Source of the DNA: an uncultured Eubacteriales bacterium
GTDB taxonomy: Bacteria; Bacillota; Clostridia; TANB77; CAG-508
Length of the DNA: 64,000 nucleotides
Direction: 5' to 3'
Assembly: GCA_949289635.1 (NCBI GenBank)
Contig: CASEOS010000001.1
Coordinates: 150,548 to 214,547 of the forward strand
How positions within the stretch are numbered: position 1 is the first letter of the stretch; each line of letters starts with the position of its first letter. Below the pieces are notes generated by a model. It saw only the letters and a program-made list of their open reading frames with translations, was not told the DNA's origin and ran no database searches. The position numbers were made by a program, and so were the translations under genes. Of this stretch, positions 29,540 to 41,696 are shown piece after piece.

Positions 29540-31096
29540 CTATTTTTTTATCTCATGGTATTCTTTCTCTGTATTCACTTTCCAAATATTAGATTTATCT
29601 TTTTTATTTTCTTTTATATCGTTAACTGCTTCTATTGCTGTTAACATAGCATGGTCCATATTATTATATCGATGCTGACCGTTTCTTCCAATACAATATA
29701 AATTCTCTATTTCATTTAAATATTTTATCAATTCATCTATTTTTGCATATGTATCAAAATAGGCAGGATATGCTTTTTTTATTTTTTCCATATGGGCATC
29801 TTCTATATTCGCTGTATTGTCTAATATTCCTATTGTTTTCAATTCATTGATTGCCATATCTTTAAAATCTTCTTCTGTCATATTCCACAATGCATCATTT
29901 TCATTGCAAAAATATTCTAATCCTAGCCATACTGTTTCTTGAGGTTTTTCCACTAAATATGGTGACCAGTTATTAAAAATTTGTATTCTTCCTACCTTTA
30001 CATCAGGTTCTTGAACATATATCCAACAATCTGGTATAATATTTCCTAATGTTTTGATAGTTGTTTCATTTTTTATTTTTAATTTATCTACCAAAATTCC
30101 TATGGTTATGAAGTCTCTATATGGCAAATGTGTTGCTATATCTAATATTTCGTTTGGTACTGTTTCATTTTCTATGTTTTCTATTAAATCTTTTAAAGGC
30201 ATAGAAGATATAAATATGTCTCCTGTAAATTCTTCTTTATTTCCATTACGCAAACATACAACTGATTGTATTTTTCCGTTTGCCTTTATTATTTTTTCTA
30301 CCTTATATCCACGTTTTATTGTCACGCCATTTTGTTCTACGATTTCAGCAAGCCTATCCCATAATTGCCCTGGTCCATATTTGGGATACCAGAATCGTTC
30401 AATTAATGATGTTTCCGTATTTTTATTATTTTTTATCTTTAAAACTTTATATACCATATCTTTCAAAATTGATGCTACTGAAAGTCCTTTGGCCCTTTGT
30501 TTTCCCCAGTCTGGTGAAATCTGGCTTGGATGCCTTCCCCATACTTTTTCTGTATATTTTTCAAAAAACATTTGGTATAACACTTTTCCAAATCGATTAA
30601 TGTAAAAATCTTCCAGTGATTCTTCTTTTCTTTTAAAAATACTACTTTTTAAATAACTGCATCCTGCTTGTATTGTTTTTTTGAATCCCATATTTTTAAA
30701 AGTTTCTAATTTAATTTCTATTGGATAATCAAAGAATTTTCTTGCATAATATATTCTTGAAATTCTATGTCTTATAAGCATAACATTATCTTCTTTTTCT
30801 GGGTCTGGTCCATTTTTTATCAATTCTGCACTTCTTCCTAATATCTTATCATCAATTGCCTTTTCCCCTTGCAATGGCATAATTTCTTTCCAAAAATTCA
30901 TAATATTTTCATCTTTTGAAAAAAATCTATGCCCTCCAATATCCATTCTGTTTTGCTTATATTTAATAGTTTTAGCTATTCCTCCAACATCTTCAAATTC
31001 TTCCAATACAGTTATATGATATTGTTTATCTTTTGATAATTCATAAGCAGCAGTCAATCCTGCTGGTCCTGCTCCTATTATAATGACATTATACAT
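29540..31096 (-). CDS. FAD/NAD(P)-binding oxidoreductase (amine-oxidase/UDP-galactopyranose-mutase-like fold)
   Basis: MYNVIIIGAGPAGLTAAYEL...VLEEFEDVGG dinucleotide-binding motif. Start set at 31096, which abuts the queH stop. Confidence 0.7.
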   Translation of the reverse strand: MYNVIIIGAGPAGLTAAYELSKDKQYHITVLEEFEDVGGIAKTIKYKQNRMDIGGHRFFSKDENIMNFWKEIMPLQGEKAIDDKILGRSAELIKNGPDPEKEDNVMLIRHRISRIYYARKFFDYPIEIKLETFKNMGFKKTIQAGCSYLKSSIFKRKEESLEDFYINRFGKVLYQMFFEKYTEKVWGRHPSQISPDWGKQRAKGLSVASILKDMVYKVLKIKNNKNTETSLIERFWYPKYGPGQLWDRLAEIVEQNGVTIKRGYKVEKIIKANGKIQSVVCLRNGNKEEFTGDIFISSMPLKDLIENIENETVPNEILDIATHLPYRDFITIGILVDKLKIKNETTIKTLGNIIPDCWIYVQEPDVKVGRIQIFNNWSPYLVEKPQETVWLGLEYFCNENDALWNMTEEDFKDMAINELKTIGILDNTANIEDAHMEKIKKAYPAYFDTYAKIDELIKYLNEIENLYCIGRNGQHRYNNMDHAMLTAIEAVNDIKENKKDKSNIWKVNTEKEYHEIKK

Positions 31097-31097
31097 A

Positions 31098-31658
31098 TTA
31101 GCCTCTCTTATCTTTTTCAATCTTTTTTTGATATCTATCCTCTTCAGAAAAAATACATCCACAGTATTTTTGCATATATAATCCTAACTCTCTTGCCTTA
31201 GCTTGGCCTTCTCTAAATCCTACTCGGAAATCTCTATACAAAAATTCTACTCCATATTTTTTTGCCATTTGCTTAGCCACTTCTACTAATGCTTCATGAT
31301 TTTGATATGGACTAACTAATAAGGTAGTAGAAAAATGGGTGTATCCATTTTGCTTTGCATATTTAGCTGTTTGTTCTAATCTTACTGGATAGCAATATTC
31401 CTTACATCTTGTTTGCAAATTGTTTACTACATTTTTGCAAAAATCATCTAATCCATAGTTTTCTTCAAATATGGCTTCTACATTTATACTCTTTGTATAT
31501 TCTTTTAAACAATCTCTTCTTGCCTTATACTCCATATATGGATGAATATTGGGATTAAACCAATACACAGTTGGTTCAATTTCTTCTTTTCTTAGTGAGT
31601 CGATACAATATACACTACATGGTGCACAGCAAGTATGTAATAATAATTTCATTTTCAA
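31098..31658 (-). CDS. queH: Epoxyqueuosine reductase QueH (DUF208)
   Basis: LLLHTCCAPCS N-terminal cysteine motif and C-terminal QKYCGCIFSE; 186 aa. Confidence 0.8.
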   Translation of the reverse strand: MKMKLLLHTCCAPCSVYCIDSLRKEEIEPTVYWFNPNIHPYMEYKARRDCLKEYTKSINVEAIFEENYGLDDFCKNVVNNLQTRCKEYCYPVRLEQTAKYAKQNGYTHFSTTLLVSPYQNHEALVEVAKQMAKKYGVEFLYRDFRVGFREGQAKARELGLYMQKYCGCIFSEEDRYQKKIEKDKRG

Positions 31659-31668
31659 CTTCCTTTCA

Positions 31669-31708
31669 TTTGTCCAAATGGACCTGGTCCCATTTGTCCC
31701 ATTTGTCC
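31669..31708. repeat. REP-related GTCC-rich variant
   Basis: TTTGTCCAAATGGACCTGGTCCCATTTGTCCCATTTGTCC shares the GGACCTGGTCCCA-TTGTCCC core with 16357-16387. Confidence 0.65.
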
Positions 31709-31711
31709 TTT

Positions 31712-32722
31712 CTAAACATTTTCTTGATATGGATACCCTAAATGTTGATATGCTGGTGGTAAAACAACCCTTCCTCTTAATGTTCTTGCAATAAATCCAA
31801 TTTGTATTAGATATGGTTCATAGACATCCTCAATCGTATCTACTTCTTCACCAACGGTTGCTGCTAATGCTTCTATTCCTACTGGTCTTCCTGCATATTG
31901 TACAATCATGGTATCTAATATTTTTCTGTCAATTTCATCTAATCCTAGTTCATCAATTTCTAGTTTGTTTAATGCATGTTTTGTGATTTTTAAAGTAATA
32001 TTTCCATCACCTAATACAGCCGCATAATCTCTCACTCTTTTTAATAATCGGTTAGCTATTCTAGGTGTTCCCCTTGATCTTCTAGCAATTTCTGTTGCAG
32101 CTTCCTCTTCGATTTCTACATTTAAAATTCCTGCAGAACGTTTTACGATTTTTGTTAAATCTTCTACTGAATATAACTCTAATCTATGTACAATGCCAAA
32201 TCTATCTCTTAATGGTGTTGTTAATGACCCAGCTTTTGTCGTTGCTCCAATTAATGTGAATTTCGGTAAATCTAACCTAATGGATCTTGCACTTGGTCCT
32301 TTTCCAATGATAATATCTAGTGTATAGTCTTCTAGTGCAGGATATAAAATTTCTTCTACACTTTTGCTAAGTCTATGAATTTCATCTATAAACAACACAT
32401 CAAATTCTGAAAGATTTGTAAGAAGTGCTGCTAAATCTCCTGGTTTTTCAATCGCCGGACCTGATGTAATTTTTATATTGGAATTCATCTCATTAGATAT
32501 AATATTAGATAATGTTGTTTTTCCAAGTCCTGGAGGTCCATATAATAAAACATGGTCTAATGGCTCTCCTCTTTTTTTAGCTGCTTCTATATAAACTTTC
32601 ATATTTTCTTTAATTTTCTCTTGTCCAATATATTCATCTAATGTTTTGGGTCTTAATGAATTTTCCATTCTTTCTTCTGTACTATTTTCTAATTCTGGAT
32701 TAATAATTCTGTCTTCCTCCAT
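31712..32722 (-). CDS. ruvB: Holliday junction branch migration helicase RuvB
   Basis: [28 protein letters not shown] and the [11 protein letters not shown] sensor. Confidence 0.95.
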   Translation of the reverse strand: MEEDRIINPELENSTEERMENSLRPKTLDEYIGQEKIKENMKVYIEAAKKRGEPLDHVLLYGPPGLGKTTLSNIISNEMNSNIKITSGPAIEKPGDLAALLTNLSEFDVLFIDEIHRLSKSVEEILYPALEDYTLDIIIGKGPSARSIRLDLPKFTLIGATTKAGSLTTPLRDRFGIVHRLELYSVEDLTKIVKRSAGILNVEIEEEAATEIARRSRGTPRIANRLLKRVRDYAAVLGDGNITLKITKHALNKLEIDELGLDEIDRKILDTMIVQYAGRPVGIEALAATVGEEVDTIEDVYEPYLIQIGFIARTLRGRVVLPPAYQHLGYPYQENV

Positions 32723-32745
32723 TTTATAGTCTCCTCCCTTTTGTC

Positions 32746-32869
32746 CAATTGGGGACGTTTCTTTTTGGACATTTTAAAAAATTTAGGGAACAAATTCATT
32801 TTTTCCTTTTTTTAATAATTTGTTAATTATTGAATTTAATGTCCAAAAAGAAACGTCCCCAATTGTCCC
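32746..32869. repeat. REPIN-like inverted doublet of class 1 REPs
   Basis: 32746-32775 (CAATTGGGGACGTTTCTTTTTGGACATTTT) faces 32839-32869 (ATGTCCAAAAAGAAACGTCCCCAATTGTCCC) across about 63 nt. Confidence 0.8.
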
Positions 32870-34842
32870 TATTTCAATAAGTTATTAATACTAATTGAAA
32901 TAGATATATCTAATTCTTTTCTCATTTTTTCATAATAGTCTTCTAATAATTCTCTTTCATCTTGTGATAGTTCTTCTATTTTTATTTCTGCCCCATTTTT
33001 GATTTGATACCATTTTTCATCAAAATAATATCGGCTTGTTACAATTCTTTCATTATTTAAACAGATAAAGTCTTTTCTTGCAAATAGATTAGTTCCTAGG
33101 CTAAATCCAGCATCTCCATCTATTAAATAGGCAAATGTTGGTTTTATATCTAATTTGCTGACTGGTTTTTCTATTTTTATATTTTTAATTCCTGGTATTT
33201 TCATACCACAGGCAACTCTGATATAATTTAATTTTATATCTGTATCTGTTAATTCTGCATCTGTTTCTTGTAAAAAGTCTAACATTTCTTCATTATACAT
33301 ATCCATTCCATTATGGTCACCAAATACAAGAAGAATTGTATCATCATACAAATTGGCTTCTTTTAGTTTATCTATGAATATTCCAAAGGCATAGTCTGCA
33401 TAATTTACAGATTCTAAATAGTTTCCGAAAAATGTATCTTTATATTTTCCAACATCAATATTTACTTTGTTTCTATCTGTTAATCCGTCTAAACTAAATG
33501 ATGTATGTGAAGATGCTGAAACGATATAGGAAACAAATGGCATATCATAACTTTTCAATTTTTCTACTGCTTGTGTATATAGTAATTCATCTGATAAATA
33601 TCCCATAATGTTTTCTGATGTATCTGCAAAAGAGTCTTTTAATTCTATATTTTCTACTGCAAACGTTTTATATACATTTTCTCTATTCCAAAAAAATCCA
33701 TAATTTCCATGCATATATGATGTTGTATAACCTGCATTATCAAACATGGTAAATATATTATCATATGTATTTGTATAATATCGACTATATGACATCCCAT
33801 TTTCCATAGGATATAGTGATGTTATGGTAGAAAATTCTGAATCTGCTGTTGATGAGTAACTTTGCATAAACATGTTAGAGATTTCTATATTCTCGTTAAT
33901 AAATTGATTTAAATTTGGTGTAATTTCTTTTCCGTTAATTTCTTTATTTATTACAAAATTTTGAATAGATTCTAATTGCAAAATAATAACATTTTTTCCT
34001 TTTGCAATTCCCTGTAAATCATAATTTGTCTTTCCATATTTTTCATCATATTCTTCTTTTAATTCATCATAATCAGATAAAAGTGCTTCTTTGGTTGTAT
34101 ATTTGGCTTGTTTCTTTATATTTATTGTATTTTCTATGTCTGATATATGATATCCATAAATTGTACTCTTTTTTATTTGTATATCTTTATTAAATGGATC
34201 TTCTTTTGCTTTTTCAATAAAGTCTACATCTATTTTAAAAAATAATACAATCGCAATAATACCTACGATAGCTTTAGCTATTTTCTTTTTCCTATCTATT
34301 TTTGCTTTTTTTTGAATTTTTATAATCTTTGTGCATAGTAACACGATTATTAATAAAATATCTATGAAATACAAAATTTCTTTTGCCTGTATTAACATAG
34401 GTAAAGTATCTATAATTTCTTCTCCATATTGGAGGTTCATGATTTGTGCCACAGACAATACAGAACTTGAATACGTATAATATACATTATCTGCAAATAT
34501 TATGATACTCAATAATATATCTACCACAATGGTAGTAATACTTCTTCCTCTATTTGGTAATGCACATATCATACAAAATACTGTTGCTAAAAACGCAATT
34601 GTACCTAATACTGTAGCTTTATCTATGGTTTCTCGAATAGAAATGGTATTTGTGTAAAAAAAGAGTGTTTTAAAAAGTAACAACATCCCAATGAATATGG
34701 GAAATCCTATCGAATTAAAAAATCGATTGGCTATTCTATTTATGTTTTCTCTTGTTATTTTCTTTTCTTTTTTATCTATTTCTTCTATGTTTTCTATCTT
34801 TTCTTTTTCCTTCAAATCTGCTTGTCCCATTTTTTCTTTCAA
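32869..34842 (-). CDS. LTA synthase family protein (membrane-anchored sulfatase-fold phosphoglycerol transferase)
   Basis: Five N-terminal TM helices, then NVIILQLESIQNF, SSTADSEFS (catalytic Thr region) and GDHNG. Confidence 0.8.
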   Translation of the reverse strand: MKEKMGQADLKEKEKIENIEEIDKKEKKITRENINRIANRFFNSIGFPIFIGMLLLFKTLFFYTNTISIRETIDKATVLGTIAFLATVFCMICALPNRGRSITTIVVDILLSIIIFADNVYYTYSSSVLSVAQIMNLQYGEEIIDTLPMLIQAKEILYFIDILLIIVLLCTKIIKIQKKAKIDRKKKIAKAIVGIIAIVLFFKIDVDFIEKAKEDPFNKDIQIKKSTIYGYHISDIENTINIKKQAKYTTKEALLSDYDELKEEYDEKYGKTNYDLQGIAKGKNVIILQLESIQNFVINKEINGKEITPNLNQFINENIEISNMFMQSYSSTADSEFSTITSLYPMENGMSYSRYYTNTYDNIFTMFDNAGYTTSYMHGNYGFFWNRENVYKTFAVENIELKDSFADTSENIMGYLSDELLYTQAVEKLKSYDMPFVSYIVSASSHTSFSLDGLTDRNKVNIDVGKYKDTFFGNYLESVNYADYAFGIFIDKLKEANLYDDTILLVFGDHNGMDMYNEEMLDFLQETDAELTDTDIKLNYIRVACGMKIPGIKNIKIEKPVSKLDIKPTFAYLIDGDAGFSLGTNLFARKDFICLNNERIVTSRYYFDEKWYQIKNGAEIKIEELSQDERELLEDYYEKMRKELDISISISINNLLK

Positions 34843-34938
34843 ATCTTTTTCCTCTTTCTTATTTTACTTTTCCCTGTTAAATTTCATTATTTTTATAATG
34901 TTGCTTCTTAATTTTGCGATTTATAAATCTCATTCTCT

Positions 34939-35427
34939 TTATTTTACTGTATCAATATATTTTTCTATAATTTCTAACATCTTTCGATTATTTTCTACAT
35001 ATGGCTTTGGTTCAAAATCTTGCACTTTTTTGACTGCTTCTTCTAATTCTTCTACTGATTGTATGCCAATAATATTTCCATTTTTATGAAACTTTTCCAC
35101 AATTTCTGTTTGATGATTATTCACATGTTCTCCATATTGATGTAACCTTGGTATGGCAATTACTTTTTTTCCTTTTTCAAGTGAAGTAATAATAGATCCT
35201 ACTCCTCCATGTGTGATAATAAAATTTGCTTTTTGTTCAAATGCATCTAATTCTTCCCTTGGCATAAAGTCTATTATTTGCATTTTTTTATTTTGTGGAT
35301 GATACTCTGTATATCCAGCTTGTACAATTACCTCTTCTTTGATTATGTTTTTATCTATTAATTTATCAATTTCTTCTAATAATCTTTGAAATGGATTATT
35401 TTGTGTTCCTAACATTACAAATATCAT
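34939..35427 (-). CDS. Alg13-like glycosyltransferase subunit (PssE/Cps14G type)
   Basis: MIFVMLGTQNNPFQRLL...ITHGGVGSI. Its ATG overlaps the upstream stop (TAATG). Confidence 0.75.
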   Translation of the reverse strand: MIFVMLGTQNNPFQRLLEEIDKLIDKNIIKEEVIVQAGYTEYHPQNKKMQIIDFMPREELDAFEQKANFIITHGGVGSIITSLEKGKKVIAIPRLHQYGEHVNNHQTEIVEKFHKNGNIIGIQSVEELEEAVKKVQDFEPKPYVENNRKMLEIIEKYIDTVK

Positions 35428-35900
35428 TAATAAATCGAACCTCCATAAACTGCTTTTGGATATATTTTTAACATTTCTTCCCACTGCACTATAAATAAAT
35501 CTGCAATGGGATATAATAATCTACCTGTTGCTGTCTTTTTATTGGTATTGGCAAAGGTTTCTATATAGATAATCTTACTTCCAAATAGTTTTCCTAATAT
35601 ACACATTGGTCCTGCTGTATGTGTTCCTGTCGTTACAATTACTTTTGGTCTTATTTTTAAATAATAATATACTGTTTTGATACATAAGTACAAATATTTA
35701 AATATATATGTAAATAGTTTTGCTCTTGTTCCATAAGGTAAAAAATCTAATTTATCACCATAGGTTTCTTTTAAATGTTCATTCACTTTATCTTTTTCTG
35801 TTATAATATGATAATCATATTTTTCAAATAAAGGAGAAAGTTGTAGTAATTCTGTTAGATGTCCTCCTGTACTTGATATAAATAATACTTTTTTCTTCAT
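35427..35900 (-). CDS. Alg14-like glycosyltransferase membrane subunit (PssD/Cps14F type)
   Basis: KVLFISSTGGHLTELLQL...VTTGTHTAGP...IYIETF motifs. Confidence 0.75.
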   Translation of the reverse strand: MKKKVLFISSTGGHLTELLQLSPLFEKYDYHIITEKDKVNEHLKETYGDKLDFLPYGTRAKLFTYIFKYLYLCIKTVYYYLKIRPKVIVTTGTHTAGPMCILGKLFGSKIIYIETFANTNKKTATGRLLYPIADLFIVQWEEMLKIYPKAVYGGSIY

Positions 35901-35981
35901 TTATTAACACCTTTTCAATCATTCTATTTCTTGTATATTATATCTTTTTTTCAAGTATCTGTCTAGTAAAATATCTAATAA

Positions 35982-36089
35982 AAGATGATTTTAGGGACGG
36001 AGCAAAAAATCATCATTATTAAAAATTATCCTATATGATAACTTTTAAAACATAATGATGATTTTTTGCTCCGTCCCTAAAATCATCTT
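35982..36089. repeat. REPIN-like inverted doublet, class 2 (GGGACGGAGC loop)
   Basis: Perfect 36-nt inverted repeat (35982-36017 and 36054-36089). Each arm is a hairpin, GATGATTTT-AGGGACGGAGCAA-AAAATCATC. It ends 1 nt before the dnaJ stop codon. Confidence 0.85.
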
Positions 36090-36090
36090 C

Positions 36091-37260
36091 TTATCCAAAT
36101 ATTCCTCTTTTTTTAATTGGTGGTTGCTCATTCATGGTCTTAGCTAATTGAAGTAATAATTCTCTTTGTTCTTTAGAAAGTCTCTTTGGTGTTTGAACAT
36201 TTACTGTAAATACAAAATCACCAACTGAACTTGAAGTTACAGATTTAAATCCCTTTCCTCTTATGACAAACTTGGTTCCAGTTTGTGTTCCTTCTGGTAT
36301 TTTATATTTTTCTTTACTTCCATCAACCATTGGTATTTCTAGTTCTGCACCTAAAGCAGCCTGCGTGATGGTAATTGGTATATCACAATAAACATTATTT
36401 CCTTTTCTTGAATAAATACTGTGTTTCTTTAGTCGAACTGTTATATATAAATCACCTTTTGGACCACCTTTTTCTCCTGGTTCTCCTTCGCCTCTTAAGA
36501 CAACTGTTTGGCCATCATCAATACCTGCTGGTATTTTTACTTTTATTTTTGGTTGTTTTCTAACTGTTCCTTTTCCTCTACAATTTTCACAAGGTTCTTT
36601 TATGACTTCACCTGTTCCGTGACAATTTGTACAAGTTCTTGTGGTTTGCATTTGACCTAAAATCGTATTTTGTACTTGTCTGATTTGTCCTGTCCCATTA
36701 CATGTTGGACATTTTGTAACAGATGTTCCTGGTTTTGCTCCAGTTCCATGGCATACTCCACATTCTTCATTTCTAGTAATGGTAATCTCTTTTTCTACTC
36801 CTAGAAAAGCTTGTTCAAAAGTAATATCAATATGAATATTTAAATCTGCACCTTTTCTTGGTCCGTTTTGTTTTCTGCTACTACTTCTGCCACCACCAAA
36901 ACCACCTCCAAAGAATGAAGAAAAGATATCTCCTAAATCTCCAAAATCACCAAATCCATCAAATCCTGAACTTGTATAAGAATAGTATCCATTTCCACCA
37001 CCGAAAGGGCCTCCTGCTCCGTTAAATCCTTGTGGTCCATCTGGTCCAAATTGGTCATACATTCTTCTTTTTTGTGGATCTGATAAAGTTTCATAAGCTT
37101 CATTGACCTCTTTAAATTTGGCTTCTGCTTCTTTTTTGTTATCTGGATTGGCATCTGGATGATATTTTTTTGCTAGTTTTCTATATGCTTTTTTTAATTC
37201 ATCATCTGTCGCATTTTTATTGACACCTAACACTTCATAATAATCTCTTTTTCCTGCCAT
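36091..37260 (-). CDS. dnaJ: Molecular chaperone DnaJ
   Basis: J-domain [12 protein letters not shown] region and four CxxCxGxG zinc motifs. Confidence 0.95.
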   Translation of the reverse strand: MAGKRDYYEVLGVNKNATDDELKKAYRKLAKKYHPDANPDNKKEAEAKFKEVNEAYETLSDPQKRRMYDQFGPDGPQGFNGAGGPFGGGNGYYSYTSSGFDGFGDFGDLGDIFSSFFGGGFGGGRSSSRKQNGPRKGADLNIHIDITFEQAFLGVEKEITITRNEECGVCHGTGAKPGTSVTKCPTCNGTGQIRQVQNTILGQMQTTRTCTNCHGTGEVIKEPCENCRGKGTVRKQPKIKVKIPAGIDDGQTVVLRGEGEPGEKGGPKGDLYITVRLKKHSIYSRKGNNVYCDIPITITQAALGAELEIPMVDGSKEKYKIPEGTQTGTKFVIRGKGFKSVTSSSVGDFVFTVNVQTPKRLSKEQRELLLQLAKTMNEQPPIKKRGIFG

Positions 37261-37303
37261 TCTTTCAATCTTCTCCTCTTTCTAATTTTTGTCCGATTAG
37301 GAT

Positions 37304-37428
37304 GATGATTTTGGTGATTTTGGGGACGGAGCAAAAAATCATCATTCTATAATTCTTAAAATTATACCATAAATTAATTTTCATCAATGGTGATTTTTTG
37401 CTCCGTCCCCAAAATCACCAAAATCATC
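37304..37428. repeat. REPIN-like inverted doublet, class 2
   Basis: 43-nt arms (37304-37346 and 37386-37428) with one mismatch. Same GGGGACGGAGCAAAAAATCATCATT core as 35982-36089. Confidence 0.85.
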
Positions 37429-37448
37429 TCAAAAGCCCCCAATTGGAC

Positions 37449-37487
37449 AAAAAGGGAAATTTGAGTCCGTCCCCAAAATCCCTTTTT
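37449..37487. repeat. Single class 2-like REP hairpin just downstream of dnaK
   Basis: AAAAAGGGAAATTT-GAGTCCGTCCCC-AAAATCCCTTTTT. The loop carries CGTCCCC. Confidence 0.6.
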
Positions 37488-37495
37488 ATTCATTA

Positions 37496-39457
<1,962 letters not shown>

Positions 39458-40045
39458 TTATATTTTGTCATTCTTTTTTAAATCAAGAATGATTTTTCGA
39501 TTGTTTTCTATTATTTCTTTTGTTACTTTTTTCATCCATTCTTCTTTTGTCATATTAGACAAATTCCAATTGGATAATTCTTTATATTGCAATTCTTCTC
39601 CTAGCCAGTCTGGCTTTTTGAAGGCTTTTGCTATATCTTCATTTGGAAATTCTATTTCTGCTGTTATCAAATCTTGTAAGTCATCTTTATATATGTCCAT
39701 TTCTACATTCAAGTTATCTCCTATTGGTATGAGCATTCTTGTCTTTCTTATTATGTTACTAATTCTATCCTTTATGAATTCCTTAAATTCTTCTTCCTGA
39801 ATATAACTTTCTATTTCATATGCTTTTGCAACAGTAGAATTCTTCTGATATGCTATATCTCCTTTTGTTTTAACTGTATAAATATATTTTATATCATCAG
39901 ACTTTTTATCTTGTATTTTTCGAATTCTAATGACTGTTTTTGCATCTTTATATATAAATGCCTGTTCTATGTCCAATATATTTGTTATTTTCAAATTTTC
40001 TGGAAGATAATTTACTGCATATTTTCTTTCTATTTCTTGTTTCAT
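39458..40045 (-). CDS. CYTH-domain protein (triphosphate tunnel metalloenzyme)
   Basis: MKQEIERKYAV carries the ExExK signature at the N-terminus; about 195 aa. Confidence 0.7.
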   Translation of the reverse strand: MKQEIERKYAVNYLPENLKITNILDIEQAFIYKDAKTVIRIRKIQDKKSDDIKYIYTVKTKGDIAYQKNSTVAKAYEIESYIQEEEFKEFIKDRISNIIRKTRMLIPIGDNLNVEMDIYKDDLQDLITAEIEFPNEDIAKAFKKPDWLGEELQYKELSNWNLSNMTKEEWMKKVTKEIIENNRKIILDLKKNDKI

Positions 40046-40058
40046 CTTAATTCCTCTT

Positions 40059-40580
40059 TTAATTTGCTACTACTACCATAGAATGTCTTATTACTTTTGA
40101 ACCAATCTTATATCCTTTTCTATATTCTTGAACAATTTCTTTTTCACCTTTTGTATCATCTTGCACACTACTTACTGCTTCATGTAGTTCTGGGTCAAAA
40201 GTTTCTCCTACAGTTTGGATTTCTTCTACACCTTTTGCTTTTAATGTATCCTGAAATTGTTTTAATACCAATTCAATTCCTTTTTTGTATTCTTCATCTT
40301 TTGTTTCTACTTTAACAGCATTTTCTAAGTTGTCTAATATTGGAAGCATTACTTCCACAACATCTGATAAGATAGAATTGTATAAATTTTCTCTTTCTTT
40401 TGCACTTCTCTTTTTGTAATTTTCAAATTCTGCTAAAATTCTTTTATATCGATCATCTAGTTCATCATATTCTGATTTTGGTACAATTTCTTGTTCTTTT
40501 TTTACTTTTTTATTTTCTACTGTTTCTTCCTTTTTTTCTGTTTCTTTTTCTAATTCTTCCTTATTTTCTTTTTCTGTCAT
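40059..40580 (-). CDS. grpE: Nucleotide exchange factor GrpE
   Basis: Acidic/K-rich N-terminus, RILAEFENYKKR, FDPELHEAV. Confidence 0.93.
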   Translation of the reverse strand: MTEKENKEELEKETEKKEETVENKKVKKEQEIVPKSEYDELDDRYKRILAEFENYKKRSAKERENLYNSILSDVVEVMLPILDNLENAVKVETKDEEYKKGIELVLKQFQDTLKAKGVEEIQTVGETFDPELHEAVSSVQDDTKGEKEIVQEYRKGYKIGSKVIRHSMVVVAN

Positions 40581-40602
40581 TCTTTAACCACCTTTCTCAA
40601 AT

Positions 40603-41607
40603 TTATTCTATTTCTTTTAACTTTTTATTAATATACTTCATAACAGAAATTACTTTTGAATAATCCATTCTCTTAGGTCCAATAATACCAATGGTTCCTA
40701 AATCTTTTCCATTAACTTTATGTTTAAATGTAACAACACTAAAATCTTTTAATTCTTTTTTCTGATTTTCCTCTCCTATATATACGTGAATATCATCTGC
40801 AAATCCAGAATCTAACATATCTGTTACCAATTCTTTCGTATCTAAGACATTTACAAAATTTTTTGCCACTTCTAAACTATTAAATTCTGGTAAATCAAAT
40901 GATTTATTGGCACCTTCTAAATAAATATGTTCTTCTTCTAACACTCTTTTTATTTGTTCTATAATTGGTTTTATGACATTTACACTATATGTCATTTCAT
41001 CATACAAATATTCTTCTAAAGGTCTATCAATTGTCTCAATTGGCTGTCCTTTTAATTTCTTATTAAACATATAATTAATCGTTTCTACTTGTTTTTCTGT
41101 TACATCTTCGTCAAATTTAATAATGGTCTCTTTTACCAATCCACTATCTGTTAAGATAACTGCCATCATCATTCTTGAACCTAGTAGCACAAATTTAATT
41201 TCTTCTATCATCTGACTGTTGGCTTTTGGTCCTATGGATACTGTTGTATAATGAGTTACTTCTGATATCGTATTTGCTGCAATTTTTGTTAAATCTTCAA
41301 TTTCATTTACTTTTGTTTCTAATTTGTCACTAATATATTTGATTTCTTCTAAGCTAATATCATCATCTTTTAACAATTCATCCACATAATACCTATATCC
41401 TTTTTCAGAAGGCACTCTACCACTTGATGTGTGAGTTTTATCCAAATAACCTGCCTTTTCTAAATCTGCCATTTCATTTCGAATGGTTGCACTACTACAA
41501 TCTAATCCATGATTGGTTGTTAATGCATTTGAACTGACTGGTTCTGCTGTATTAATATATTCTTCTACGATTGCTTGTAATACTTTCTTTTTTCTATCAT
41601 CTAACAA
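40603..41607 (-). CDS. hrcA: Heat-inducible transcription repressor HrcA
   Basis: (M)LDDRKKKVLQAIVEEYINTAEPVSSNAL...SATIRNEMADLEKAGYL. Start probably the TTG at 41607, 6 nt after GAGGTG; the ORF track begins at the GTG at 41616. Confidence 0.92.
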   Translation of the reverse strand: MLDDRKKKVLQAIVEEYINTAEPVSSNALTTNHGLDCSSATIRNEMADLEKAGYLDKTHTSSGRVPSEKGYRYYVDELLKDDDISLEEIKYISDKLETKVNEIEDLTKIAANTISEVTHYTTVSIGPKANSQMIEEIKFVLLGSRMMMAVILTDSGLVKETIIKFDEDVTEKQVETINYMFNKKLKGQPIETIDRPLEEYLYDEMTYSVNVIKPIIEQIKRVLEEEHIYLEGANKSFDLPEFNSLEVAKNFVNVLDTKELVTDMLDSGFADDIHVYIGEENQKKELKDFSVVTFKHKVNGKDLGTIGIIGPKRMDYSKVISVMKYINKKLKEIE

Positions 41608-41646
41608 TTTTTTCACCTCTTTAGTTTTAATTGTTAGTTTGTTGTT

Positions 41647-41673
41647 TTAGCACTCTTGTTGTTTGTTTGCTAA
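41647..41673 (-). promoter_or_regulatory. CIRCE-like operator (degenerate)
   Basis: TTAGCACTC-N9-GTTTGCTAA versus the consensus TTAGCACTC-N9-GAGTGCTAA. About 40 nt upstream of hrcA. Confidence 0.7.
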
Positions 41674-41696
41674 CTTCATATATATTATACCCCTTT

